Source of the DNA: Bacilli bacterium
GTDB lineage: Bacteria > Bacillota_I > Bacilli_A > RF39 > UBA660
Direction of reading: 5' to 3'
Assembly (NCBI GenBank): GCA_038321575.1
Contig: JBBQFD010000002.1
Location: 1 to 60,782, forward strand
DNA length: 60,782 nucleotides
Part shown: in pieces, positions 20,943-30,592 of the stretch
How positions within the stretch are numbered: position 1 is the stretch's first letter
Layout: every line of letters begins with the position of its first letter
The notes under the pieces: generated by a model
Seen by the model: the letters and a program-made list of their open reading frames with translations, nothing else
The model's database searches: none
Told to the model about the DNA's origin: nothing
Made by a program: the position numbers and the translations under genes

Positions 20943-21401
20943 TTAGATATTGTTTGACCAAACGAAGTTAGCAGTTGTGTGATGCTTATACCCAATTACG
21001 GGATATGGAACACCAACTTTAGCACTGCATATTATGAATTGTTGTATATCATAGTATCCTTTGTCAACATCTGTAAACGCTGCTAATACTTTATCACCTA
21101 AAGCTTTAGCTAAAACGACCGTAGTGTCAGCCTTCACATCAATCATAACATTAATAATCTTGCCTTCAAGATCATATGTAATGTTTGTTGATATGCCCGC
21201 TAAATTAATATCCTTTTTCATATTATCAATCTTGATTTTCGTAATAGGATATTTTTGAATATCCAATAAGCGATTACCATATAGTTTTTGATTTGAACTA
21301 GGATATAAAATTTGCACGAATAATACTATTGCAAATAGCACTAAAATTATAATTAAGACTAAGCCTACTTGTTGTAACTTATACTTTTTTATAAATTTCA
21401 T
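20943..21401 (-). CDS. Membrane-anchored protein of unknown function
   Basis: 152 aa with one N-terminal TM helix (VGLVLIIILVLFAIVLFV). No motif I recognise. Confidence 0.45.
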   Translation of the reverse strand: MKFIKKYKLQQVGLVLIIILVLFAIVLFVQILYPSSNQKLYGNRLLDIQKYPITKIKIDNMKKDINLAGISTNITYDLEGKIINVMIDVKADTTVVLAKALGDKVLAAFTDVDKGYYDIQQFIICSAKVGVPYPVIGYKHHTTANFVWSNNI

Positions 21402-21454
21402 ATATTCACCTCAATTGCTAGTTAATTATACTATATTAATTTTCATTAATCAAA

Positions 21455-22873
21455 TTAGCATTTACTAAGAATGTCGGTTAACATTGTGTTGACAATTTGG
21501 GGATTGGCTTGTCCTTTTGATTCTTTCATAATTTGTCCCATTAAATATTTGAAAGCATTATCACGACCCGCTTTATAATCAGCTACTGACGTTTGATTCG
21601 CCGCAAGAACAGTCTTGATAATCAAAGTTAATTCATCATTGTTGTTGATTTGGACTAATCCTAATTTAGTAATAAGATCTGAGATATTTCCTCCATCATT
21701 CATTAGGACTGGAATGAGTTCTTTAGTTTGTTTAGAACTAATAACATTGTTAGTAATATTAGTAATTAATTCAACAAAGTTTTCTTTAGTTAATTTACTA
21801 TCATTTAATTTAAGATTATTCTTATTTAAATAACTTAAAATATCACCGGTTAATAAATTAGCAGCAATAACGGGATTAGCGTGATCAATGACTGTTTCTA
21901 AGAACATACACAAATCATGATTATAAATAATAGTTTTAATATTATTATCATTAATGCCTAGTGCTTGATATTTAATTCTCAATTCTTTTGGTAAGATGGG
22001 AATTTCTTTTTTAATATCGTTAAGCCATTGATCGGATATTTCTACATAAGGTAAATCTGGTTCGGGGAAGTAACGATAATCATTACCGGTTTCTTTGACG
22101 CGCATACTAATAGTAGTAGCGGTTTTATCGTCATAACGACGAGTTTCATCAATAATAATACCACCACTATTAATAATTTGTTTTTGACGTTCTATTTCAT
22201 ATTTAATACTAGTTGCAACATTAGTTATTGAACCAATGTTTTTTATTTCGGCTTTAGTACCTAAAATAAGACTCATTTCTTCTTTAATTGAAACATTCGC
22301 ATCACAACGCATACTACCTTCTTCAATCTTAACATCACTGATATCAAGATATAAAAGTATTTCACGAAGGGCTTCAATATAAGCAACTGCTTCTGCTTCA
22401 CTTGTAATAACTGGTTTAGTAACAATTTCGATTAACGGAACACCAGCACGATTAAAGTTTAATAAAGTCCCATCAATCCCGTGGATACTTTTACAAGTAT
22501 CTTCCTCAATATGAATACGATCAATCTCAATTTTTTTAGTATAACCATCAAGGGTGATTTCAACATAACCATCATTACCAATAGGTGTGGTACTTTGAGT
22601 TATTTGATAACCCTTTGGTAAATCAGGATAGAAGTAGTTTTTACGATCAAAATGCATTAATTGATTAATATGACAATTAAGTGCTAAAGCAGCTTTTAGA
22701 GCCATATTAATGACTTCTTTATTTAATTTAGGTAAAGTTCCTGGATAACCTAAGTCAATAACATTAACATTCGTATTGGGATCATTACTAAAGTTATTTA
22801 AGCTATTTGAGTAGACTTTAGTTTTAGTTTTTAATTCAACATGGACTTCAATGCCAATAGTTGGTACTAACAT
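21455..22873 (-). CDS. gatB: Asp/Glu-tRNA amidotransferase subunit B
   Basis: 472 aa, begins ..PTIGIEVHVELKT... Last gene of the gatCAB operon. Confidence 0.97.
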   Translation of the reverse strand: MLVPTIGIEVHVELKTKTKVYSNSLNNFSNDPNTNVNVIDLGYPGTLPKLNKEVINMALKAALALNCHINQLMHFDRKNYFYPDLPKGYQITQSTTPIGNDGYVEITLDGYTKKIEIDRIHIEEDTCKSIHGIDGTLLNFNRAGVPLIEIVTKPVITSEAEAVAYIEALREILLYLDISDVKIEEGSMRCDANVSIKEEMSLILGTKAEIKNIGSITNVATSIKYEIERQKQIINSGGIIIDETRRYDDKTATTISMRVKETGNDYRYFPEPDLPYVEISDQWLNDIKKEIPILPKELRIKYQALGINDNNIKTIIYNHDLCMFLETVIDHANPVIAANLLTGDILSYLNKNNLKLNDSKLTKENFVELITNITNNVISSKQTKELIPVLMNDGGNISDLITKLGLVQINNNDELTLIIKTVLAANQTSVADYKAGRDNAFKYLMGQIMKESKGQANPQIVNTMLTDILSKC

Positions 22874-24321
22874 AAGTTGCCTCCTTTCGGATTTAAATCT
22901 AAGTTTAATTTAGATTCAATAAACGATGATATTTGATAGATTGTTGCTTCTTTAAAATAATTACCAATTATATGTAAGCCAATTGGCATATGATCATGGT
23001 TAAAACCAATTGGTAATGAAATAGCTGGTAACCCGGCCATATTTACAGGAATAGTTAATAAATCATCAAAGAAACTCTTTAAAGCATCGTCAACTTTAGT
23101 TCCTAAATCATAAGCAACATCAGTATTGGTAGGTCCGATAATTAAATCATAGTTATTAAATACTTCTTTTAAACTATTAGTCATTGCTTTACGAACAGTT
23201 AGAGCTTTATGGAAGTATTTATCAGCGTTCTTACCACTTAAGACATAAGAACCAATCATAATACGGCGTTTTACTTCTTTACCAAAGCCGGTGGTTCTAG
23301 TATTTTTATATAATTCATCAATATTAGTGAATTCATCAGCAACATACCCAAATTTAATGCCATCATAACGAGCTAGATTACTACTAGCTTCCCCTAAGGC
23401 AATAACTTGGTATAAAGGAATAGCATATTCTAAATACTTAATGTCAATAAAATCAACAAGACATCCGTTTTGTTTTAACATGTCAATTACTTTTAAAACA
23501 TGATTACGAACTTCTTCATTAATCGTTTCATTCATATAGTAATTAGGAATCGCAATCTTTAATCCTTTGATATCTTTACCAATTAACGATGTATAATCAA
23601 TAACTGGTTCATTAGATGAAGTTAAATCATTTTTATCACTACCCGCAATAACATTTAATAATAAAGCATTATCATAAACATTACGGGTCATTGGTCCTAA
23701 TTGATCAAGACTTGAAGAAAAAGCAATTACTCCATAACGAGATATACGCCCATATGTCGCTTTTAAGCCCACTAGACCACAGAAACTTGCTGGTTGTCTG
23801 ATACTGCCACCAGTATCACTACCGATTGCTAATGAGACTATACGACTACTTATAGCCGCTGCATTTCCACTACTTGATCCACCTGGGACTTTTTTATTAT
23901 TCCAAGGGTTTAAAGTAGGATTAAAATAACTAGTTTCACCAGTTGATCCCATTGCAAATTCATCCATATTAGTTTTACCAATAACGATCATGTGTTTAGC
24001 TTTAATTTTTTCAATAACGGTGGCATCGTAGATAGGATTAAAATTATCTAAGATGTGTGATGCTGCCGTGGTTCTTAGACCTTTGGTTAAAATATTATCT
24101 TTTATCGCAATTGGTAATCCAAATAAAAGATTATCAACTTCTAAACCCTCAAGAGCTTTTGCTTCTTTAATAGCAGTTTCTTTATTAAGGGTAATAAAAG
24201 CATTAAGATTACTAATTTCGATTTTTGAATATGCTTCTAAAACTAAGTCTAAAGGCGTTATTTCTTTACTCTTTAATTTATTATTTATTTCAATAATACT
24301 TAAATCTAAATAATTAGTCAT
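22867..24321 (-). CDS. gatA: Asp/Glu-tRNA amidotransferase subunit A
   Basis: 484 aa with the amidase signature GGSSSG...GSDTGGSIRQPA. Confidence 0.97.
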   Translation of the reverse strand: MTNYLDLSIIEINNKLKSKEITPLDLVLEAYSKIEISNLNAFITLNKETAIKEAKALEGLEVDNLLFGLPIAIKDNILTKGLRTTAASHILDNFNPIYDATVIEKIKAKHMIVIGKTNMDEFAMGSTGETSYFNPTLNPWNNKKVPGGSSSGNAAAISSRIVSLAIGSDTGGSIRQPASFCGLVGLKATYGRISRYGVIAFSSSLDQLGPMTRNVYDNALLLNVIAGSDKNDLTSSNEPVIDYTSLIGKDIKGLKIAIPNYYMNETINEEVRNHVLKVIDMLKQNGCLVDFIDIKYLEYAIPLYQVIALGEASSNLARYDGIKFGYVADEFTNIDELYKNTRTTGFGKEVKRRIMIGSYVLSGKNADKYFHKALTVRKAMTNSLKEVFNNYDLIIGPTNTDVAYDLGTKVDDALKSFFDDLLTIPVNMAGLPAISLPIGFNHDHMPIGLHIIGNYFKEATIYQISSFIESKLNLDLNPKGGNLC

Positions 24322-24607
24322 TAATCACCTTGGGAACTAAGATATAATCCCCGCTTGTTTTATTAGCATTTAGTAGTACTTCTTCTTTAGAAAGCATTGG
24401 TCCAACGATATCTTCTTGATAACAATTTTTATTAGTGGTTGGTGCAATTAAAATATCATCACTAATGACTTCAACTTCCGTTATCTTTTCAATTTCAGTT
24501 AAGATAGCGCTTAATTGATTACTATAGCGATCTAATTCACTATCCAGCACATTAAGACGAGCTAAATTAGCAACATGCTTAACATCTTTTTCAGTTAATT
24601 TTTCCAT
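24314..24607 (-). CDS. gatC: Asp/Glu-tRNA amidotransferase subunit C
   Basis: 97 aa, ..VKHVANLARL... Overlaps the gatA start. Confidence 0.9.
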   Translation of the reverse strand: MEKLTEKDVKHVANLARLNVLDSELDRYSNQLSAILTEIEKITEVEVISDDILIAPTTNKNCYQEDIVGPMLSKEEVLLNANKTSGDYILVPKVIND

Positions 24608-24667
24608 AACTTCGTCTCCTTTATAGATAATATAATTATATCATAAAAATTAGTTAACATATAAGAA

Positions 24668-24694
24668 AAATACTGTTTAAAATAAACAGTATTT
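24668..24694 (-). terminator. Intrinsic terminator after the small pilin gene
   Basis: atactgttta..taaacagtat stem followed by a U-run on the minus strand. Confidence 0.6.
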
Positions 24695-24697
24695 ATA

Positions 24698-25054
24698 TTA
24701 TGGTTCAATAACTTGAATGTCTAAACCACTATTTTTTCTTGTAATAACAATTGAGGTATCATCAGAAAACGGATCCTTAGTTAAAGGGTTAATTAAATTC
24801 TCATTAATGTATGAATCAATTTTAAGTTGACTCAACAAAATAGTTATTGATTCACCATTATTATCAGGAATACGATTATAATTATCTGCAGCCCAATTCT
24901 TAGCACTATCTTTGATATAATCAATTTGAACATCATATGCTTTATATTGAGAGCTTCTTATAAAACGATCAATGGTTGGCACAACAATAACTGATACAAT
25001 ACCAAGAACCACAATAACCGCCATTAATTCAATTAAGGTAAATGCTCGTTTCAT
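24698..25054 (-). CDS. ComGC-like minor pilin/pseudopilin
   Basis: MKRA|FTLIELMAVIVVLGIVSVIVVP: class III signal with Glu at +5, but Ala rather than Gly at -1. 118 aa with ..ITILLSQLKID..NP.. as in the other small pilins here. Confidence 0.8.
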   Translation of the reverse strand: MKRAFTLIELMAVIVVLGIVSVIVVPTIDRFIRSSQYKAYDVQIDYIKDSAKNWAADNYNRIPDNNGESITILLSQLKIDSYINENLINPLTKDPFSDDTSIVITRKNSGLDIQVIEP

Positions 25055-25104
25055 ATCTTTTCACCTACTATATATTAATAATAACATCATTATGGTTTTT
25101 TTTC

Positions 25105-25133
25105 AATAAAAAAAGGAGATATTATTCTCCTTT
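25105..25133 (-). terminator. Intrinsic terminator after ytxH (loop contains the stop codon)
   Basis: aaaggaga-tattat-tctccttt with U-run on the minus strand. Confidence 0.65.
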
Positions 25134-25520
25134 AGTATCTAGTTTATCAATAACTTCTTGAGCAACGATAACTACTTGTTCACGCATAGCATCAGCTGTT
25201 TTCTTAAGAACCGGAGTTCCTTTTTTAACAGCATAATCAACTAAATCATCAACTTTATTTTGTAATTCTTTAGCTTGTTTTTTTGCTATTTTAGCAACTT
25301 TTTCTTTGTCTAATGATTCTAATTCAGATTTGATTTCATTTACTTTCTTTTCAAATTCTTTTTTAACATCATCAACATCGATTTCTTTTACTTTTAAAAG
25401 CATATCATCGAATGCTTTCTTAACATCTTTACGGTTTTCAGCGCCACTTTTTGGAGCAAATAAATATGCTGCTCCTGCTCCTAGTGTTAGACCTGCTAGA
25501 AATTTTCCTATTTTACTCAT
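25122..25520 (-). CDS. ytxH: YtxH-domain general-stress-type protein
   Basis: Trimmed to MSKIGKFLAGLTLGAGAAYLFAPKSG.. followed by a long Lys/Glu-rich helix. Start overlaps the upstream DUF948 gene. Confidence 0.75.
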   Translation of the reverse strand: MSKIGKFLAGLTLGAGAAYLFAPKSGAENRKDVKKAFDDMLLKVKEIDVDDVKKEFEKKVNEIKSELESLDKEKVAKIAKKQAKELQNKVDDLVDYAVKKGTPVLKKTADAMREQVVIVAQEVIDKLDTKGE

Positions 25521-25812
25521 TTTTTGGTTCCTCATCTTTCTTTTTCTTTTTTTTATTAAACACATTCGCAATCGCATTAGTAATTAGATTTACTAAAGCA
25601 TCACTTATGTTTGATAAGCCATCAGCAGTATTATCAATAACATTAAACAGCCCATTTAATTTACGAGTCTTTAGTTCAACGTCATCAACGACACGATCGA
25701 CTTTATCTAGAGTTTTAATTAAGCGGTATGCCAAGATAATTAAAACAACTAAAAGTACTGATCCTAAAACATATAATACAAAAGGTAGTATATCACTTAT
25801 ATAAACTGTCAT
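25513..25812 (-). CDS. DUF948 (YtxG-like) membrane protein
   Basis: 99 aa with an N-terminal TM helix followed by a helical region. Paired with ytxH as in the B. subtilis ytxGH operon. Confidence 0.7.
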   Translation of the reverse strand: MTVYISDILPFVLYVLGSVLLVVLIILAYRLIKTLDKVDRVVDDVELKTRKLNGLFNVIDNTADGLSNISDALVNLITNAIANVFNKKKKKKDEEPKNE

Positions 25813-26624
25813 TCATCTTCCCTCTTTTCATACATTGAATCAATTAAATTGAATAGATCATCTTCTTTCAAATCATTATCTGCAACTAACTTAGTAAGTT
25901 CTTCTTCAATCATGTTATTGCTAGCATGTTTATCTTCGTGATGTTCATGTTTATCATGATCATCATCTTCTTCATTATGAAGATTAGTAGCAATTACATA
26001 ATCAAGATTTAATGCTGGTTTTTCTGTCTCTGTAGCATCTAAGACACCATCTAAATTAAAATCTAATTCATCAAAGATATCTTTATCTTGAGTGTCTTTA
26101 ACAACTTCCGTTTCATCATTAAACAAAATAGATTTTTGACCGAAAAGATCGGTTTCAATATCATCCTCTAAAGTGCCAAAAGCTTTTTTGCGGACATCAT
26201 CTATACTCATAGGTTTGTTTACTCCATAACTATTATTTGAAGGATTAGCTTTATCAGTAATATCTTCTTTATGGTAGTTTTTGTCCAAAACACCATAAAC
26301 TGGTGAAATAATTGGTGATAGTTGAAAGTTTTTCTTTTCTTCACTTCTAGTTGGTTTATTATTAAAAGTACCATTCCCAAATAATTTCTTTTCTTTAGGT
26401 TTTTCTAAAGTATCGAAATCCTTGTCATCAAAAAAGATTGGTGTTTGTGGTCTTTCTTCTTTACTCATAAGTTCACTTTCACTGATTAAAGAATCATCTT
26501 CATCACGTGAAGCTGGCGAAGGAATTTCCACTTGTGTTAATTCTTTTTTGATTGGTTCTTCTTCTTCTGGTGCTTCTGTAAATATGTCCTTAAACTTATC
26601 TCTAAACTTGTCTAATAGTCCCAT
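25809..26624 (-). CDS. Highly acidic, probably disordered protein with an N-terminal amphipathic helix
   Basis: 271 aa, MGLLDKFRDKFKDIF.. followed by D/E-rich low-complexity sequence. Short conserved-looking islands: SPIISPVYGVLDKNY and MSIDDVRKKAFG. Confidence 0.45.
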   Translation of the reverse strand: MGLLDKFRDKFKDIFTEAPEEEEPIKKELTQVEIPSPASRDEDDSLISESELMSKEERPQTPIFFDDKDFDTLEKPKEKKLFGNGTFNNKPTRSEEKKNFQLSPIISPVYGVLDKNYHKEDITDKANPSNNSYGVNKPMSIDDVRKKAFGTLEDDIETDLFGQKSILFNDETEVVKDTQDKDIFDELDFNLDGVLDATETEKPALNLDYVIATNLHNEEDDDHDKHEHHEDKHASNNMIEEELTKLVADNDLKEDDLFNLIDSMYEKREDE

Positions 26625-26638
26625 CTAATTCACCTCTA

Positions 26639-27256
26639 TTAATTACTTTCTGTCGTAATTTGATTATTTGGAGTATTTAAATTTGTATCTATCTTTGTTT
26701 GTGGTGTGAAAATATCATATTTTTCTTCACGATTAGCGAAATATTCTTGATCAAGCATTAACTTAATAATATTACTATTAAATTTAATGGTTGATAAGAT
26801 ATATGATGCATTAAGGATTACACCCTCAATATCGTTTTTAGTTACGACTGCTTCAATCTTAGAATAATTATACATAAATTGAATATAATATAATTCATCT
26901 TTTTTAATTATTTCTAAGTAGCCTTGTTTATCATTATTATTAATTTCAATTGAATAATAAGCATCTTTGTTTAATGTATAAGGAGCCGTTTTCTTATAGT
27001 AATAACTTATGGCATCAATATACAAGTAATAGTAATTACCATCAGAGTATAATTTTTCGTTTAGTTCGGTTGTATCAATATAACTAACTCCTCTTGGAAT
27101 ATAATATTTATAACCCTTACCAACACGATTATACAATTTGTTGTTTTTAGATAAAACAACCGAGACGATGTTATCGATACTCTTAGTGTTTATTCTAACA
27201 ATTGTACATCCAGTTAATAAGATGGTTGCTAGCGCTAGAATAAAAAGCTTTTTCAT
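26639..27256 (-). CDS. Lipoprotein of unknown function
   Basis: Signal peptide with lipobox LLTGC. 205 aa, Tyr/Asn-rich. Confidence 0.65.
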   Translation of the reverse strand: MKKLFILALATILLTGCTIVRINTKSIDNIVSVVLSKNNKLYNRVGKGYKYYIPRGVSYIDTTELNEKLYSDGNYYYLYIDAISYYYKKTAPYTLNKDAYYSIEINNNDKQGYLEIIKKDELYYIQFMYNYSKIEAVVTKNDIEGVILNASYILSTIKFNSNIIKLMLDQEYFANREEKYDIFTPQTKIDTNLNTPNNQITTESN

Positions 27257-27336
27257 ATCTCACCACTCTTACTATGATTATAACAAATATTTATATATAT
27301 AAAAAGATAAATCTTCTATCTGTGTAAAGTAAATGT

Positions 27337-27969
27337 CTAGTCCTTTAGGGCATCTAAATAATAGATGATGTTTCCTTTATTAACAAATCGCTCTTCATAC
27401 TCTGTTTGAATATTGTTTTTAATATCTCTTTTATATAAATCAAGGGCAATATCATTGACTTTATAATTTGCCGATATTATTGAGATAATTGAATATTCAA
27501 ATAAACTACGATTATCAGTCTTCATAACAATATGCGTTTTACCTTTAGATATTAAATTATATTTATTTAAAAAGATATGACTTGTTAATCTACGATCAGC
27601 ATGTCTTCCTTTAGGCCAGGGATCAGAGAAGTTTAAATATATTAAACTTACCTCATGATCAAAGATGCGGTCAAGTTCTAAGGCATCAATACGCATTAAA
27701 CGTAAGTTAGGTAAATCAAGTTCATTTAATTTATCAATAGCACGAACCATAACACTATCAAACTTTTCAATCCCAATAAAGTTTATATGAGGATACTTAA
27801 TAGCATTCTCAATAATGAATTTACCTTTGCCCATACCTATTTCAATATAAATAGGATTATGATTATCAAATACCTGATGGTATTTACCAATAAAACTATC
27901 TGGATTGTTGATTATATATTTTGACGATGCTATTTTGTCTTTAGCACCTTTAACGTTCTTTAGTCTCAT
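27337..27969 (-). CDS. trmB: tRNA (guanine46-N7)-methyltransferase
   Basis: MRLKNVKGAKDK.. start. Motifs ..IEIGMGKG.. and ..FSDPWPK..H..RRL... Confidence 0.9.
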   Translation of the reverse strand: MRLKNVKGAKDKIASSKYIINNPDSFIGKYHQVFDNHNPIYIEIGMGKGKFIIENAIKYPHINFIGIEKFDSVMVRAIDKLNELDLPNLRLMRIDALELDRIFDHEVSLIYLNFSDPWPKGRHADRRLTSHIFLNKYNLISKGKTHIVMKTDNRSLFEYSIISIISANYKVNDIALDLYKRDIKNNIQTEYEERFVNKGNIIYYLDALKD

Positions 27970-28030
27970 TGTAATCACCTATCAACGATTATATCATATT
28001 TATGATGAAAAATAAACTTAACATGGAATA

Positions 28031-28057
28031 AAAAATCTGGAATAATATCCAGATTTT
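28031..28057 (-). terminator. Intrinsic terminator after the DUF2207 gene
   Basis: aaaatctgga-ataata-tccagatttt, 10-bp stem with a U-run. Confidence 0.7.
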
Positions 28058-28063
28058 ATTGTT

Positions 28064-29950
28064 TTAGAAGCGTCCACCGCCGCCACCACCGCCGAATGAA
28101 CCGCCACCTGATGAGAATCCACCACCATACCCACCACCTGATGAGGATCTTGATTCAGCAGCCATTTTTGTACTAGTGGCTGTACTAACAGCATGAGTGA
28201 CACCAGTATTAACTAGATTATTAATCATCATCATTCGATTAATACGATACATATCAAAACCACTTGTATTAGCCATAGTATTATTTCCATATATTTCAGT
28301 AAATTTAATACTCATGGTTTTAGAAAGCTTTTTAGCTTCACCAAATACTAAAGCATAAACTAAGTATTTTTCCCATAAAAAAACTTGTGGTAAATCTTTG
28401 TTTTCAAATTTACCAAAATCTTTTAAGAAGTTTTTCAAGCCTTTCCACAGACTATATTGTTCATTACCACTAACTGTTTTTTTAGTAATACTAACGAAGT
28501 ATATAAATGCTACAATAGCCATAAACATACCAACAAAATATATGATGTCACCACCTAAATTAAAGTTAATAAGTGCCATCATTATAATACCAAATATGGC
28601 ATATAAGCTTGCCAAAACTTTAGGTTTAGTTGTGTTTTCAAAGAAGTCTTTACTCTTACCTTCAGCACCAACATAAGTTTTCCAAGTATTAAAGTTAGCT
28701 AAAAAGGTACTATAATCAGATTTAGCAGCATTATTTATGACATCCATAGTAACAGTATCATTAGTTCCAATTTCATCAAAGAACCATGTTAATATTTTCT
28801 TTTCAGCAACCGTTACTGTGGTTGTTTTATCGACATATTTTAAAGAAAATTTATCTTTTTCTAATTCTTCAAAAACAATAATCTTTTTAGTAATTAAATT
28901 AAGAACTGAGGCTGATAAATCAATATTACTAACTGGTTTACTAAATAAATAATTAACTATTTCTGGTCCATATTCACCAGGAAAATCACGGAAATATTTG
29001 GTTCTAAAAGTACTTTGTCGCTCTTTATCATATTTATTATACATAAATATTATTAAGAATACTAAACCAATACTCCAAACAGTAGCAGCAATCATTGATG
29101 AATAATAGATCGCTTTAGCAATATTTCTTTGATTATTAGCAGTATCTGCTAAAGCTTTTTCAACTTCTAATATTTTAGTAAGACCATCATTACCACTTAA
29201 TTTGGTTGATGCTGGTACTAATGTTTTATCAAAAGCAATACGAATATCCATAGCGGTATTTTGATTTAATTGATCAATGGTTGCGATAGCACCATTTTTA
29301 CCACTTGGATCAATTGATCCTTGTAATGGACCATGAGCCCATACTCTTAAGGTATCAGAATTACCTGGTAAATGAATACGTACTTCTAAATGACCAATGT
29401 TTTCATTTAATTCAGTACTAAAGATATTCCATCCTAATTCAGCAATATCATTATGAACAACAACCATGTTCTTAAGGATATATTCAACATAAAAACCACG
29501 ATCAATGCCACTTGATGGGTTAAATATTTTATATGCCTCACCATCGTTAGTTATGGTTTTAGTATATACATTACCATCACCTACTGAAGCGTAGATGACT
29601 TCACTAAATGGATTTCCACTACGATCAATGTAATTAAAATTTATCTCTGAATCAACCGGAATGTTTGTTATTTTTACTAATTCAATCCCATTCCCGTTAT
29701 AAATATCGCTACCCCCAAAAGGGTTTGAAGTAGTATAAAAATCAGGGGCACTAGCATTACGATAATTTACGATACGTTCAAAACCGTTAAACTCCCCCGT
29801 TAAAACAAATAATTCTTTTACATGAACGTCCCCATTTTCTTGAATAGTGGCATCAATGTAATAATTACTTATTCCGGCATTATAAGCTTTAACATTTGAT
29901 GGTATAAAAAGTAATGCAATAAGTATTAATAAACTATATAATTTTTTCAT
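28064..29950 (-). CDS. DUF2207-family membrane protein with a Gly-rich C-terminal tail
   Basis: 628 aa with signal peptide, large extracytoplasmic domain, 3 TM helices and the C-terminal SSGGGYGGGFSSGGGSFGGGGGGGRF. Partnered with lemA. Confidence 0.8.
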   Translation of the reverse strand: MKKLYSLLILIALLFIPSNVKAYNAGISNYYIDATIQENGDVHVKELFVLTGEFNGFERIVNYRNASAPDFYTTSNPFGGSDIYNGNGIELVKITNIPVDSEINFNYIDRSGNPFSEVIYASVGDGNVYTKTITNDGEAYKIFNPSSGIDRGFYVEYILKNMVVVHNDIAELGWNIFSTELNENIGHLEVRIHLPGNSDTLRVWAHGPLQGSIDPSGKNGAIATIDQLNQNTAMDIRIAFDKTLVPASTKLSGNDGLTKILEVEKALADTANNQRNIAKAIYYSSMIAATVWSIGLVFLIIFMYNKYDKERQSTFRTKYFRDFPGEYGPEIVNYLFSKPVSNIDLSASVLNLITKKIIVFEELEKDKFSLKYVDKTTTVTVAEKKILTWFFDEIGTNDTVTMDVINNAAKSDYSTFLANFNTWKTYVGAEGKSKDFFENTTKPKVLASLYAIFGIIMMALINFNLGGDIIYFVGMFMAIVAFIYFVSITKKTVSGNEQYSLWKGLKNFLKDFGKFENKDLPQVFLWEKYLVYALVFGEAKKLSKTMSIKFTEIYGNNTMANTSGFDMYRINRMMMINNLVNTGVTHAVSTATSTKMAAESRSSSGGGYGGGFSSGGGSFGGGGGGGRF

Positions 29951-29962
29951 AGATACTCCTTC

Positions 29963-29988
29963 AAAAAAAGGCTTACATTGTAAGCCTA
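29963..29988 (-). terminator. Hairpin plus U7 between lemA and the DUF2207 gene
   Basis: aggcttac-att-gtaagcct followed by U7 on the minus strand. The lemA TAG stop lies in the 5' arm. Confidence 0.6.
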
Positions 29989-30537
29989 AAATTTAACTTG
30001 TGGATTTGCTTTTTCAGTTTCGCTGGCTTCAAAGAATAATTCTGGTTTAAAACCAAACATTCCCGCAATAATATTTGATGGGAACATTTCAAGTTTGTTT
30101 TTATATCCTAAGACAGCGTCATTATAGAATTGACGAGCATAAGATATTTTATCTTCAGTATCCTTTAAATTTTCTTGTAAGTTAATAAAGTTTGTATTAG
30201 CTTTTAAATCTGGATAAGCTTCAGATAACGCAAATAAGCGTCCTAATGCTTGTGTTAATTCACCGTTAGCAGCCATTTCATCTTTAGGATTAGTTGCTCC
30301 TACTGCTTTATTACGAGCAGAAATAACAGCATCTAAAGTTTCTTTTTCATGACTAGCATAACCTTTAACTGTTTCAACTAAGTTAGGAATTAAATCAGCT
30401 CTTCTTTTTAGTAAAACATCGATTTGAGCCCATTGATCCTTAACCATGTTGCGTAAGTTAACTAAGCCATTATAATTAGCCATAACGAAGATTGCAGTAA
30501 GTAATAATAAGCCACCTATAAATAGTAATATTTCCAT
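29986..30537 (-). CDS. lemA: LemA-family membrane protein
   Basis: 183 aa with an N-terminal TM helix, ..YNGLV.LRN.V...WAQIDV.LKRR.DLIPNLVETVKGYA.HE... Confidence 0.9.
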   Translation of the reverse strand: MEILLFIGGLLLLTAIFVMANYNGLVNLRNMVKDQWAQIDVLLKRRADLIPNLVETVKGYASHEKETLDAVISARNKAVGATNPKDEMAANGELTQALGRLFALSEAYPDLKANTNFINLQENLKDTEDKISYARQFYNDAVLGYKNKLEMFPSNIIAGMFGFKPELFFEASETEKANPQVKF

Positions 30538-30592
30538 TTTTTTCTCTCCATTCTGTTTATATCATATATCATTTTAATTAAAAAATCAATAA

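Noticed and set aside
25306-25804. Plus-strand ORFs antisense to ytxH/DUF948 (25306..25587, 25451..25804)
   Set aside because: They are mirror ORFs of Lys/Glu-rich genes. The minus-strand genes have RBSs, overlap coupling and recognisable families.
25809-26624. Calling the acidic protein SepF because of the N-terminal amphipathic helix
   Set aside because: The conserved SepF C-terminal FtsZ-binding domain is not recognisable. Only the N-terminal helix type is shared.
28018-28203. 61-aa minus-strand ORF overlapping the DUF2207 3' end
   Set aside because: It is an alternative frame through the GC-rich poly-Gly coding stretch. It also crosses the terminator hairpin, which is not plausible for a gene.
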